A DNA stretch of 64,000 bases from a virus. The translations under genes were made by a program, and so were the position numbers. Under the pieces are notes generated by a model. It was not told the DNA's origin, searched no databases, and saw nothing but the letters and a program-made list of their open reading frames with translations. Positions 27,303-37,800 of the stretch are shown in pieces (within the stretch, counting starts at the first letter, position 1; each line of letters opens with the position of its first letter). The stretch is from positions 1 to 64,000 of IMG/VR virus record IMGVR_UViG_3300025101_002824; one strand, written 5' to 3'.

Positions 27303-27674
27303 TTAACGTACATTACAACCTACAAAATCACCAATAGCAATACAAGACTGTATAGCACCATTCAATTCATCAGTATCACAATCTGCAAATGATTTATATT
27401 TACCATCAATACTGAGTCCAGCTCTTTCTTTAACTTCTAACTTTAAAGAATCAAAGTCCATGCCAGTGTCATTAGATATTTGTCTAATCATGGCATGGAT
27501 TCTTTTTTTCTGTGAATATGTTGCATCTTTACCTTGAACCTCAATAGTTATATTAACCTTTGTACCTTCTGGTAATTCATCCATTAAGTCATTATACTCA
27601 TTTTCTTTAACAGATAATGCATGTTTCCATTCTCCATCTTTCTTAGTAAGTATACTTGTAAATAATGCTTTCAT
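27303..27674 (-). CDS. NinB/Orf-like protein
   Basis: T.SQ..RIHAMIRQIS..TG...LK...K......SFA.....EL...I. Confidence 0.5.
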   Translation of the reverse strand: MKALFTSILTKKDGEWKHALSVKENEYNDLMDELPEGTKVNITIEVQGKDATYSQKKRIHAMIRQISNDTGMDFDSLKLEVKERAGLSIDGKYKSFADCDTDELNGAIQSCIAIGDFVGCNVR

Positions 27675-27742
27675 GTATTTATTATTATATGTGTTCCTGG
27701 TTGTTCATCACCCGGATCACTTATTATTATCTTAATAGTCAT
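27671..27742 (-). CDS. 23-aa micro-ORF (not in ORF track)
   Basis: MTIKIIISDPGDEQPGTHIIINT; overlaps both neighbours, ATGA coupling downstream. Confidence 0.4.
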   Translation of the reverse strand: MTIKIIISDPGDEQPGTHIIINT

Positions 27743-28004
27743 CTCTATACATATCAGGATCTGGTTCATCATTTTTTATTTCTTCTATGATGGTTTCAAT
27801 TGCTGATTCATAATCAATGTCTTGATCTAATATATCCATTACATTTACTGTAATAGGGTTACCATTTTTGTCTTCAAGTGTAGTCCATACTTTTTGTATT
27901 TCTACAGTCAAGCTTGCGCCAGGATGATCCCAAGTTTGTTTTTCACCTGGGTCATATACACACTCAAATTCTAGGTCATCTATATGTGTTGTCCAATTAG
28001 GCAT
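27732..28004 (-). CDS. Acidic hypothetical protein
   Basis: 90-aa ORF, YDPGEKQTWDHPG. Confidence 0.65.
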   Translation of the reverse strand: MPNWTTHIDDLEFECVYDPGEKQTWDHPGASLTVEIQKVWTTLEDKNGNPITVNVMDILDQDIDYESAIETIIEEIKNDEPDPDMYRDDY

Positions 28005-28233
28005 ATCTTAATGTATTTGCGTCCACTAATACAAACTTTTGAGCACAAGATGCACAGTTTATATCAGCAGTAGAATTATATAATAGTTTTTTATCATAAC
28101 AATTAGGACAAGGCATGTTCATATAAATATCTTTATCTCTTAGCTTTTCAGCATACTGTCTAAGATATTCTTTTTCACACCCCATCCATTGTTCTTCACG
28201 CATTTGCATGAATACTTCTTTCATTTTACCCAT
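27997..28233 (-). CDS. Small zinc-ribbon protein
   Basis: MGKMKE start; CPNC...CASC. Confidence 0.65.
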   Translation of the reverse strand: MGKMKEVFMQMREEQWMGCEKEYLRQYAEKLRDKDIYMNMPCPNCYDKKLLYNSTADINCASCAQKFVLVDANTLRYA

Positions 28234-29329
28234 TTAATTGTTGTTTAGTTGGTTCAAAATATTTAATCTTATCTTTAGAAAAATCTGCTAATGCTTTCTT
28301 AACCCATTGTTCATCAATAGTGTTCTTATAACATAAGATATGACACATTGCTGTCTCATCAGGATTAAGTCTTAATAGTCTACCTATTCTTTGTGCTGAC
28401 TTTCTTTCGTTACCATATGCATGCATAATGATACCACTACGTAAACCAGGAATAGAAACCCCTTCACTAAGCTGAAGTACACAAGAAAGCTTATCAATTG
28501 TCCCATCACTAAATAATTTTAAATTGTCATCACTGTTTTTATTTTTTGAATGATAACTATGTTCACACATTTTATCTGCTTGCTTCTGTGTGTTTGCAAA
28601 AATAATACATTTATCTTTTATGATACTCATAAGTTGTTTTGTATATTTTTCTTTAGACACATAAGTTTGCAGTGCTTTCATTCTCATTATAGATGCAAGT
28701 TGTTTAGCTCTCATAGTTGGAGAGTCATCAACATTACCAGTATGATACTCATAGTCTTTTACTTCTGATGTATACCACATACCACCATCTCTTTTCTTTT
28801 TAGGTATGTTTCTACTATTATCAAGAGGTAACATATGTACTATAATTCTATAATCATTTAATATATTACTACTAGTAGCATCATCAACTTTAAAATTATA
28901 TACCATAGGACAAAATTCATCAACTAACATAGCCTTCTCACCATATACTGGAGGTGTACCGGTTAGTCCAAGTATTTTACCAGCATATCTATCAAGAAAA
29001 TCCTTATGACTATACAAGAGACTATGACATTCATCTAAGTATACTATATCAAACTCATTAGGGTTCTGCTTATGTAATGACAAATAAGTTGTAAACTTAA
29101 TATGATCCAATAAATGTGTTGCATTCATTTTATCACACTCATCTCTCCAAGCAGCCATAATAGTTTTCTTTGGTGCAACAACAAGATAAGAACTAAATTG
29201 ATTAAAGTTCTCCATCATATGTTGCAATGCTATACGTGTTTTACCAACACCCATAGATATAGCCAGGCCACATCTATGGTGTTGATTTACAATATCTAAA
29301 GCTTTACTTTGTACTTCATCTCTTCCCAT
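28226..29329 (-). CDS. SF2 DExH helicase
   Basis: MGVGKT, LDECH, GLTGT, QRIGRLLR. Confidence 0.88.
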   Translation of the reverse strand: MGRDEVQSKALDIVNQHHRCGLAISMGVGKTRIALQHMMENFNQFSSYLVVAPKKTIMAAWRDECDKMNATHLLDHIKFTTYLSLHKQNPNEFDIVYLDECHSLLYSHKDFLDRYAGKILGLTGTPPVYGEKAMLVDEFCPMVYNFKVDDATSSNILNDYRIIVHMLPLDNSRNIPKKKRDGGMWYTSEVKDYEYHTGNVDDSPTMRAKQLASIMRMKALQTYVSKEKYTKQLMSIIKDKCIIFANTQKQADKMCEHSYHSKNKNSDDNLKLFSDGTIDKLSCVLQLSEGVSIPGLRSGIIMHAYGNERKSAQRIGRLLRLNPDETAMCHILCYKNTIDEQWVKKALADFSKDKIKYFEPTKQQLNG

Positions 29330-29546
29330 TTTCCTTCTCTTTTAAGTACCTTAAAGCTCCCATTGCATGTGATAATACTTCAATGATATGTTGTTTATCA
29401 GTCTTCATTAGTTGATGAAAGTCTAAACCTGTATACTTATCTACATTAACATACTCTCTAGCTTCTGCTATTTCTTTGTTAAGTTCTTCTTTATACCATA
29501 CCATATCTGTAAATTCTTTAGCTGCATCACTTAGTCCTAAGTCCAT
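29316..29546 (-). CDS. Hypothetical protein
   Basis: 76-aa ORF overlapping neighbours. Confidence 0.6.
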   Translation of the reverse strand: MDLGLSDAAKEFTDMVWYKEELNKEIAEAREYVNVDKYTGLDFHQLMKTDKQHIIEVLSHAMGALRYLKEKENGKR

Positions 29547-29748
29547 TGTACCAAAATTTTAAAGTTACTGTTATTAAATCTGTTTTAGTTAACTTATGTA
29601 ATAAACTATACATCTCTTCTGTATCATATTCTTTTAAAGGTTTATGATCTTTAAGGTTTAGTTCTGGTCTAGTTAACTGGTGTAATATTTTATGGCTAAG
29701 AATAACTTCTTCTGATATTCTATCCATTTCATGTTGTAAGCTGCTCAT
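29527..29748 (-). CDS. Hypothetical protein
   Basis: 73-aa ORF. Confidence 0.6.
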   Translation of the reverse strand: MSSLQHEMDRISEEVILSHKILHQLTRPELNLKDHKPLKEYDTEEMYSLLHKLTKTDLITVTLKFWYNGLRTK

Positions 29749-29929
29749 CTGTTATATTATTTTTTTTCATTAATTTATTCAACTTATTTTGTAACATTTT
29801 TTTTGCAGGTCTAATACCATCCCATGGATTATTACCACGCAATGAACTATCTCCTGTTGTTACATCTTTATCTCCCATACTATCTATAGTATGTTTCAGG
29901 TTTTTACAAACCTCTAAAACTTTATTCAT
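29729..29929 (-). CDS. Hypothetical protein
   Basis: 66-aa ORF. Confidence 0.6.
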   Translation of the reverse strand: MNKVLEVCKNLKHTIDSMGDKDVTTGDSSLRGNNPWDGIRPAKKMLQNKLNKLMKKNNITDEQLTT

Positions 29930-29934
29930 TTTAT

Positions 29935-30357
29935 TTATGATTTTTTATTACTAAATCCTAATTGCTCTGACTCAGTAGGATTCTCTTCTATCCAGTTATG
30001 ACATGTTCTACATACTGATAACCAAGTAGTTGGGTCATTTAAATATTTACCACGACCTTTCATATGGTGTACATCAGTTGATTGTAAATTACAACCAGGT
30101 AATGATGCCTGACAGAGCGGATACTTCTCTAAGAATGTTCTTCTTAACTTATTGTAGATAGTAAGTTGAGCAGACATCTTAGAAGAAACTTTCTTTATTG
30201 GTTTTGTATTCTTTTTCAACACCGGTTTAGGTTTGATTGAGTTTACTTTACCTTTTATTCTATGCCAACATGGCTTACAATAACGGTTACCTGATTGATT
30301 CTTCCAGATGTACTGCTCAGACTTACAGCCTACACACAGTTTCTTTTTGGCTTGCAT
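29935..30357 (-). CDS. Zn-binding HNH endonuclease
   Basis: CVGC..CKPC; C...C...DVHH..GR...VCRTCHNWI. Confidence 0.75.
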   Translation of the reverse strand: MQAKKKLCVGCKSEQYIWKNQSGNRYCKPCWHRIKGKVNSIKPKPVLKKNTKPIKKVSSKMSAQLTIYNKLRRTFLEKYPLCQASLPGCNLQSTDVHHMKGRGKYLNDPTTWLSVCRTCHNWIEENPTESEQLGFSNKKS

Positions 30358-30851
30358 TACTTAGCTAATAAATAGTTTTTAGGTAGCAAACCTTCAGACA
30401 TAAACTTGATAACTAAATCTTCATAGGTTATATCCAAATCTTTTAGTGTCATTCTATTAATAAACTTTGGGTCAACATTATTGACATCTTCATTAATAAA
30501 ATGTTTAGCCAATGAACTGTGGTGAAATAATTTAAATACTTCATTAGCTTGTTTATTACATATTACTTGTTTCCAAGTATTAATTACTGATTGAGCACGT
30601 CTCCATACTCTTTTTATTCTTCTCTTTTTATCCCAGTGCATTTTTTCTAATTCATTTGATGTGTAGACATTTAAACCGTGAAGCACTCTTTTAAAAAGAA
30701 AGTGTTGTCTTTGTGACAACTGACTGTATACTATTTGTTGTGTAAGATCTTTACTGTATGTTTGATATTCACTAAGTATACCTAGGTATTTTAATTTGTT
30801 TTCTAATCTTTGTTTGTTCAGTTTTGATAACTGATCTCTTGTTATTTCCAT
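30357..30851 (-). CDS. Hypothetical protein
   Basis: 164-aa ORF. Confidence 0.7.
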   Translation of the reverse strand: MEITRDQLSKLNKQRLENKLKYLGILSEYQTYSKDLTQQIVYSQLSQRQHFLFKRVLHGLNVYTSNELEKMHWDKKRRIKRVWRRAQSVINTWKQVICNKQANEVFKLFHHSSLAKHFINEDVNNVDPKFINRMTLKDLDITYEDLVIKFMSEGLLPKNYLLAK

Positions 30852-30883
30852 TTTTATTATTTTAATTAATTAATACTAGATAT

Positions 30884-30924
30884 AAAAAAGGAAAAGGGTA
30901 ACCATTTCTGATTACCCTTAACCT
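30884..30924 (-). terminator. Putative intrinsic terminator
   Basis: AAGGGTAA / TTACCCTT inverted repeat with a T run on the - strand. Confidence 0.55.
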
Positions 30925-30954
30925 GTAGTAGCTATATTATAGGTTAGCTAGTCC

Positions 30955-31602
30955 TTATAATGTGAATACATTTTCCTGTACTTCAACTTCTTCTTCAACA
31001 GTATCCTCAACAGTTAACTCATCATGCTCATCTTCATCTGGATCAGCAGGAGTTTCTAATGCTTCAGCTTCTACTTCAGCAATAGCGTCTTCTAAGTCTA
31101 CTTGATTATCATCAGTTGTTTCTTCTGACTCATCCTCATTTTCTGTAACAACAGCAGCTGCAGCTAGGTCTTCTAATGTAGCAGCATTCTCAGCATTTGC
31201 TTGTCTGATTGCATCACCATTATTATGTGCAATAAAATTATCTTCTAAAGTTCCTGTTGCATCATACTTTGTTACTCTGTATATTGGTTGACCATCAATA
31301 CAGCATACTATACCAGTCTTACCAGCATATTTAAGATCTCTATCTTTACCATCTAAAGATTCTTGTACAACTATATTACCAGGTAATTTTTTCATTCTCT
31401 TAATACCTGATGCAATTAATGCTTCAGTTTTACCATGGATTAGTGTACTAACAACAGTTGTGTTTAACCATCCGTTGCTGTTTATCATTGTGCGTTCTTG
31501 TTGTAATCTAATGTGTGCATACTCTGCGTTATTCTTAGATACTCTAATAGTGTTGTTCATGTCATCTTTGACAATAACAACTGGGTTTTTTTTAAAATTC
31601 AT
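30955..31602 (-). CDS. Hypothetical protein with long acidic tail
   Basis: 215 aa; E/D-rich C-terminal third ending NVFTL. Confidence 0.75.
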   Translation of the reverse strand: MNFKKNPVVIVKDDMNNTIRVSKNNAEYAHIRLQQERTMINSNGWLNTTVVSTLIHGKTEALIASGIKRMKKLPGNIVVQESLDGKDRDLKYAGKTGIVCCIDGQPIYRVTKYDATGTLEDNFIAHNNGDAIRQANAENAATLEDLAAAAVVTENEDESEETTDDNQVDLEDAIAEVEAEALETPADPDEDEHDELTVEDTVEEEVEVQENVFTL

Positions 31603-31642
31603 TTTGTTTAATTGGTTTTTGTAAGTATGAACTTAATTAATA

Positions 31643-31903
31643 TTATATGTCTTCTTTCTCATGGTCATAAAAATCATCTAACTTTTCTTCATCAGTAACA
31701 TTATATAGTGCATGTGGATCTTCTGGATCCTCTTTCTTTATTTTAGTTGTTTTACTGGAGAATGGTTTATACCAAGGATTATTTATTTCCATTAATTGTG
31801 AGGGACTAAGACACTCAAGGTCCCTCAATTCTTCATCAGTCATATCAAGATATGCTTCTGTAGATATTTCTATAGTGTGTCCGTTCTTTAATTGTAATAG
31901 CAT
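31643..31903 (-). CDS. Hypothetical protein
   Basis: 86 aa; upstream TATTTTTG on the - strand. Confidence 0.7.
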   Translation of the reverse strand: MLLQLKNGHTIEISTEAYLDMTDEELRDLECLSPSQLMEINNPWYKPFSSKTTKIKKEDPEDPHALYNVTDEEKLDDFYDHEKEDI

Positions 31904-31996
31904 CTTATTAATATTTTTATTAACAAAAATATCAATATTAACTAGATAGCAATTAAGTTTGACACACTAATTTTAAAATATATTGTAGTATTATAG

Positions 31997-32488
31997 CTAT
32001 CTATTTTCTATAGATTCTATTACACTTATCAATTTGGTAGACTTTATAGTAGATATTGGCATGATGTCTAAGTAATCTATTGTATTATCAGTTGAAATCA
32101 TTTTTAAATCTGAATCAACTTTAAAACACTTTACTTTAAAAGAGCATGCGTACTTACTATAATCACCATAAGTTGATGTATCTACTATCTGACCCAAATA
32201 TAAATACTCATTATTATATTTATAACATAAGCCTTTATCATATAATACATCATGATCACCTAATTCTTTTATTCTCCAATCTTTATAAAGTTTATAGAAA
32301 ATAAAATCATATTGATTATATAATTGTACTTTAGGATTCTTAATGCTTAAATGTAAAAATGTATTTATTTGAGCGTCACTCCAGGCCAACATGCTATTAG
32401 TAATAAATGATTTAACATCATCTGATAAATCTTTATTTATAACATGCTGACTGAGTAACTCTGAAATTAATTTATTATTAATTTCCAT
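31997..32488 (-). CDS. Hypothetical protein
   Basis: ORF in the early arm. Confidence 0.65.
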   Translation of the reverse strand: MEINNKLISELLSQHVINKDLSDDVKSFITNSMLAWSDAQINTFLHLSIKNPKVQLYNQYDFIFYKLYKDWRIKELGDHDVLYDKGLCYKYNNEYLYLGQIVDTSTYGDYSKYACSFKVKCFKVDSDLKMISTDNTIDYLDIMPISTIKSTKLISVIESIENR

Positions 32489-32814
32489 CAAACAAGTATG
32501 TATTTATGAATTTTCTCAACTTCCTCTATAATCTCATCACTTAATTCATCACTGATGTCTTTGTGAAAGATTAGTTTTTTAAGAAGTTGTAGACAACTCA
32601 TAAGTTTACTATTAGATAATTGAACTTGTCCTTCTATATCCACCATAGCTTCAACTTGTTTACAAATTCTTTTTTCTAACGAGCTAATTAACCTAGGTAA
32701 TTGTAACTCTTTATCACTAATGTAACCTTTAACTAACTTATCATGTAACTCAGTCATAGGTTTTATAGATGGAGGTACGTTCTCATCATCTATAAATTTA
32801 AAATCTTCTGTCAT
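32488..32814 (-). CDS. Hypothetical coiled-coil protein
   Basis: 108-aa ORF. Confidence 0.65.
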   Translation of the reverse strand: MTEDFKFIDDENVPPSIKPMTELHDKLVKGYISDKELQLPRLISSLEKRICKQVEAMVDIEGQVQLSNSKLMSCLQLLKKLIFHKDISDELSDEIIEEVEKIHKYILV

Positions 32815-33332
32815 ATATTTAATTCTTTAATTGGGATTATTACTGATCCGTTTTCTTTAGAAACAGAATCATACTTATTACTTGTTATTTTAAATGCTAT
32901 TACTGGGAAATAAGTCTTAACATATTCTCTTATACCTTTTAGTTTGGATCTATAAGTTTTAATGTTATTTATCATCTCCCAGTTATTTTGAAATGATACA
33001 CCTTTTATTGATTTAATATCAATCATATAATCTATTGAACCCCATGCAGTAAATCTTACTGAGGCATCAGCATTATCTAATTTTATATTATTAATAGAAA
33101 TTACATCAATATCAGCAGGTAAATGACTATTTTTAAAATTATCTTGTAACCATTTTACTGATGAACTGCTGCCAATACTATACTCTATATCTGTATAAAA
33201 CTTTTTGGTATGATATACTTGTCTTATAAAAGAGTTATATATAGAAGTTAAATACATAATTTGATTATCATCTACATACAGGTTAGTAACATTACCTTTA
33301 TATAAGTTCTTATTATTTATTATTCTTTTCAT
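32811..33332 (-). CDS. Hypothetical protein
   Basis: ATG at 33332 (MKRIINN) preferred. Confidence 0.6.
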   Translation of the reverse strand: MKRIINNKNLYKGNVTNLYVDDNQIMYLTSIYNSFIRQVYHTKKFYTDIEYSIGSSSSVKWLQDNFKNSHLPADIDVISINNIKLDNADASVRFTAWGSIDYMIDIKSIKGVSFQNNWEMINNIKTYRSKLKGIREYVKTYFPVIAFKITSNKYDSVSKENGSVIIPIKELNI

Positions 33333-33431
33333 AAAAATATAATTGTCATTAGTACAATAATAAACAGAACATACATAATACATATTGCAGGTATTATATA
33401 TGCTCTGAATTTATGTACAAGGTGCATAAAC

Positions 33432-33857
33432 TTATTCATGGACTTCATCATAATCTAATAACGATACAGATCTTAACCATTTTTCTACGCCTTGTTTATC
33501 AAGACCACCTACTACATCATCAGTTAATGTTGTGTCATAACAAACACCATTTTTATCCATGATGGCTATTTCATACTGATCTACATCTCCTATTGAGTAT
33601 AAACCATTAATAATAGATACATAAAATCCATTATCAAAATCAACATACGCTCTTGCAATACGCTGTAACGGATACATATCTTCTTCACGAGTAACATATA
33701 CTAATGTCCACTTAAGATCATCAAAGTTAAATACATTCTTATGTTCTTGTAAGCTATACTCTTCTTCATACTCTTGTCCTATATCTTTGATAGAGTATCC
33801 AAATGCTATAGGTAATGTCTTGTGATGTGCTCTTACATCTTCTGCTTTTTTTCTCAT
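33432..33857 (-). CDS. Hypothetical phage protein
   Basis: F.NG.YVSII...YEIAI...DDVVG.L motif; ATG 33857 preferred. Confidence 0.65.
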   Translation of the reverse strand: MRKKAEDVRAHHKTLPIAFGYSIKDIGQEYEEEYSLQEHKNVFNFDDLKWTLVYVTREEDMYPLQRIARAYVDFDNGFYVSIINGLYSIGDVDQYEIAIMDKNGVCYDTTLTDDVVGGLDKQGVEKWLRSVSLLDYDEVHE

Positions 33858-34208
33858 AATACTTTTGTGTGTTAAGGTTTTAATTTTTAATACTGCGGTT
33901 ATACATATGCTCATCCTATAGAGAGAGAAGAGACAAATAGTATAGGATAGCATCATAAGAGTAATAGCAGACAGTTTGTGCTACTACTACTCTCATGATA
34001 GCTATGTTATTTATTATGTGCTATAATATTGCACTGGTGGGAATATGTGGAGAAATATGGGAAATAAGATGTCTCACACAGTTTTTTGCACACACAACAC
34101 TTTTTTTTGTGTACAAATGTGCAAATGTCACCGTCATGACAGGTAAGTATACATGATAGTGATTACTTTACAAGAAAGAAAGCACACACGTGCTAACTTT
34201 CTACTTAC

Positions 34209-34625
34209 TTACGCCTTTGGTAAGCTTGCCCAGTAACAGTTAGTAACAGGCTTGCCTGTCTTAACATTAATTACTGGTCTAGCGTCCACTAGTGTGCCAT
34301 CCTCTTGTTCTTTAACAACAACGTCTAGTGTAAAGGTGTCACCAACTTTAGGCAAGTCTGCCGCTTTGTGTTTACTCACGTCCATTGGTACGAAGTAGTT
34401 AACACCAAAGTTTGGTAGTGCACTATAGCCTCTGGCTTTTAGTTTACCAAACTGCATAGTTGTGTCACCTTGATTAACTTTGCCGTTAAGCTTGTTATCA
34501 CGGAGTTTATTAACTCTGTCCACGTCTGCTTTGCTGACTGGGTTAGAACAAAAGATTACGGCTTTCTTTGATTTAGCCACTGATTTGAAGTGTAGTTCTC
34601 TCTGAACTGTCATAGTTTTTTCCAT
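34209..34625 (-). CDS. Hypothetical protein, first gene of the - arm
   Basis: 138 aa; visibly higher GC than flanks; followed by hairpin AGCAC-ACAC-GTGCT. Confidence 0.75.
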   Translation of the reverse strand: MEKTMTVQRELHFKSVAKSKKAVIFCSNPVSKADVDRVNKLRDNKLNGKVNQGDTTMQFGKLKARGYSALPNFGVNYFVPMDVSKHKAADLPKVGDTFTLDVVVKEQEDGTLVDARPVINVKTGKPVTNCYWASLPKA

Positions 34626-34814
34626 TTTGTCTATTTGTTTTTAGGAAATTAGTAACAACCTTGCTCCCCCATTTCATAACGGGGGTACACAAGGTCCAGG
34701 AGAAAGTAGGGGAGCCGCAGTGTAGGACCCAACTAAATTGCCATGCACACAATTTTTGTAATTACTGGATGTGCCATAATGTGTAGGGGGTTTGCTAGGA
34801 TTATTTTTTTTATT

Positions 34815-34824
34815 TTTGTATATT
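34815..34824 (+). promoter_or_regulatory. TTTGTATATT putative promoter motif
   Basis: Same 10-mer precedes genes at 44162, 52874, 59189 (+) and 26721-26730 (-). Confidence 0.55.
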
Positions 34825-34843
34825 GTAGTATACTATATTTATT

Positions 34844-37800
34844 ATGGCGAGAAAACTCAAAAAATTAGCAAAAGCGCAAAAGGGTTATGTTGGTGAAGTA
34901 GAAGATGGAACATTTATGTTAAATCCAGATGTAGCTTATACTTCTAGCAGAGGTGTTCCTGGTGGTAAACCGCAATATCAAGCAGTAATTTATTATGATC
35001 CTAGAGATCCAGAAGGTTACTTTTCAAGTGACCTAGAAAGAATGACTCCTGAGTTAAACGAGAGATATGGAGTTGGTAATTGGATTGCAAGACCATTACC
35101 TAATGTAGCTCTTAGTGATACTTATCAAACTATTGCTGATGAAAATGAAGCAAATTCGTATTTAAAACAAACAAGAAAAAAAAGAGAAGAGATACGAAAA
35201 CAATTTGGTGACTTAGAGCTAGATTTATATAAAAGAAAAGAAGGTTTAGAGGGTTATAATGAAGCTGACTATGATCCAGAATCTAAAGAAATTATTGAAT
35301 TACAAAATAAACTAAGAAGATTAGGAAAAGAAGAAGAGGAGTTAATGAAAACATTATCACCATTAACATATTCGGATCAAGACCATTTCTATAACGTTAA
35401 TAAAGGAGAATTTAAATTATTAGATGACGCATTATTTGAAAGCAAAGATCATTTAAACTATATATTAAATGAAATAAAACTAGCAGAACTAGAAGAACAA
35501 GAACAACAATATATAAGTCCTGTTGATGCAACAAATAAATATTTTCAAGATATAAAAAACTTAAGCCCTACTGGTGATATTATTATAATGCAACATGGTA
35601 CAAGTAAAGTTGGACCAATAATGTATGGTGAACAAGAAAGAAAACATTTTGGTTATGATCAAACACCTGGTCTTACAGATACATTTGCTGAAGTAATTAA
35701 TGAAACTTTTGATGATGCTTCTGGTATTACATGTTATATGGGTGTATGCAAAAAAAGTGATGCTGGTCAAAGATTAGCTGATGAAACTAATATGAAAGTA
35801 AATGTTGCTAGTGGTAATCAATGGTCAGGTTATCAAACAAATTTTGGAGATACATTTATAGATAGATTTTTTGGTACTGGATCTGAGAGACCAGATGTTA
35901 ATTACGGAGCACTATACGGATATGATACTTATGATGGATCAGGTGCAATAGCTAATAAAAATTATGGAGGTGATATAGATTATGGTATTACACCAAATGC
36001 ATCAGATACATTTTCTGGATATAGTAATCAAACTGCACCTCCAGTAGAAATTATATCAGATGCTGATTATGCAGCTCAACAAAGGCAAGATTTAATAAAT
36101 CAATCTGTTGCTTCAAACCAAAATCAAGGCGTTATATATAGTAAAAATCAACAGAATTTAGATAGACTTAAAAAAAGTAATTCGTTAGTAGCTCTCTATT
36201 CAGGACTTAAAGATACATATGATGCTTTAACAGATGATGGTAAGTACGGGGGATCTTTACCTAAACTTCAACCAGGGGGTAAAGCAGGTTTATTAAAATA
36301 CGGTATAAATGCTCTTAAATATACACCTAAAAAAATTAGACCGGATTTACTTAAATTAATTAGAACTAATAATCCTAATTTAGATCTTAGAGGAATAAAT
36401 CAAACTTTTGATTTTAATCCTCAACTTATAGGAGTTAATGAGCTAAACTTAAAAGGAATTGATTTTGGAAATCTTACAGATTATGAAAAGGCTGTAATAT
36501 CAAATATAAATCAACCTGATTTTCAACCTGTAGGTAATTTTGCTGATCTTGCAAAAAATTATTCACAATTTAATGTTGATAAAAATTTTGCTATAGATGC
36601 AGCTAACATGGCTGTAGACTTAAAAGAAATAAATCCTAAGTTTTATATAGAGTTACTTACAAAAGGAAAACCTTCTTCTTTTATGAATGAGATATTTGCT
36701 GATCCTAGAATTCCTATTTTTAATGCAAGGAATCCTGTAATTGGAAATCAAGAAATAGATTGGGATAATAGACATGCTACCAAACTTAGAGATAATTTTA
36801 CTAATGAGTTTGAAAAAAATCTAAGGTCATATGGTAAATATGGATTTTATGCTAGCGGTGTTCCATTACAAGGTGCTACTTCATTTCAAAGATTAACTAG
36901 CAATCCTAAAAATAGATTTAACAATTTTAGCTTTAAGACTAAACCTTATGGAGAAAATGTAAGTTATGTACAAGAACCTTCATACCAATATATAGATATA
37001 AATACTCCTGTAGCTGATTATGTTGTAAATGCTGGTTTAATGAATGTTGATCCAATTACAAATTTAGCTACTTTTAGAGGACGTGGTGAAATGGCTAATC
37101 AACATAATTTTTTATTAGGTCGTACCAATAGTCCATCATTAATTTTATCAGGTGATGAAGGATTTGCAAATACATCTGGAGGTAATACAATAAGAAAAAA
37201 TATAGCAGGAATAAGTACTCCAGGTCGTGGAAAGAATGTACTTGATATAAATGCTCAAATAGCACCACTTCTAACAGAAAAATTTAGTCTAAATACTCCT
37301 TTTGAAGGAACTTTTATGAAATTTCCAAGAATTCAAACTTATAGAAGAAAAACAGATGGTAGTATGCCACGTAAAAGTTTTATAAGTGATTACCTTGGAC
37401 GTGAGTTTGAACTTAGTGACTGGGATTATAAAGCATTTGTAGAAGATCCTAACATGCCTCTTCTTGAACGTAATCTAACAAGAGAAGAATTTAATTTATT
37501 AGATCCATTTAAAAAACGTCAATATTTTGATGAGCAAGGAATTTTATTTGATCCACTTGAAAGTTTATATAAAAAAGAAGGAGGAGCATTAGCAAAAGCA
37601 CAAAAAGGTAAAATTGTTACAAGGTTGGCAGATAACTTTTTTAGTGGTTTTAATAATATGATTACTAAAAAACCTTTTTTACCTGTTAAGCAGTTTGATA
37701 AATTTTTATTAAAGAATTTTAATAAAGGTGAGGCAATGTTTATTGAAAACACATTAAAAAATAATCCTAGCCTTATATCTAATAACCAAATAGATTTATC

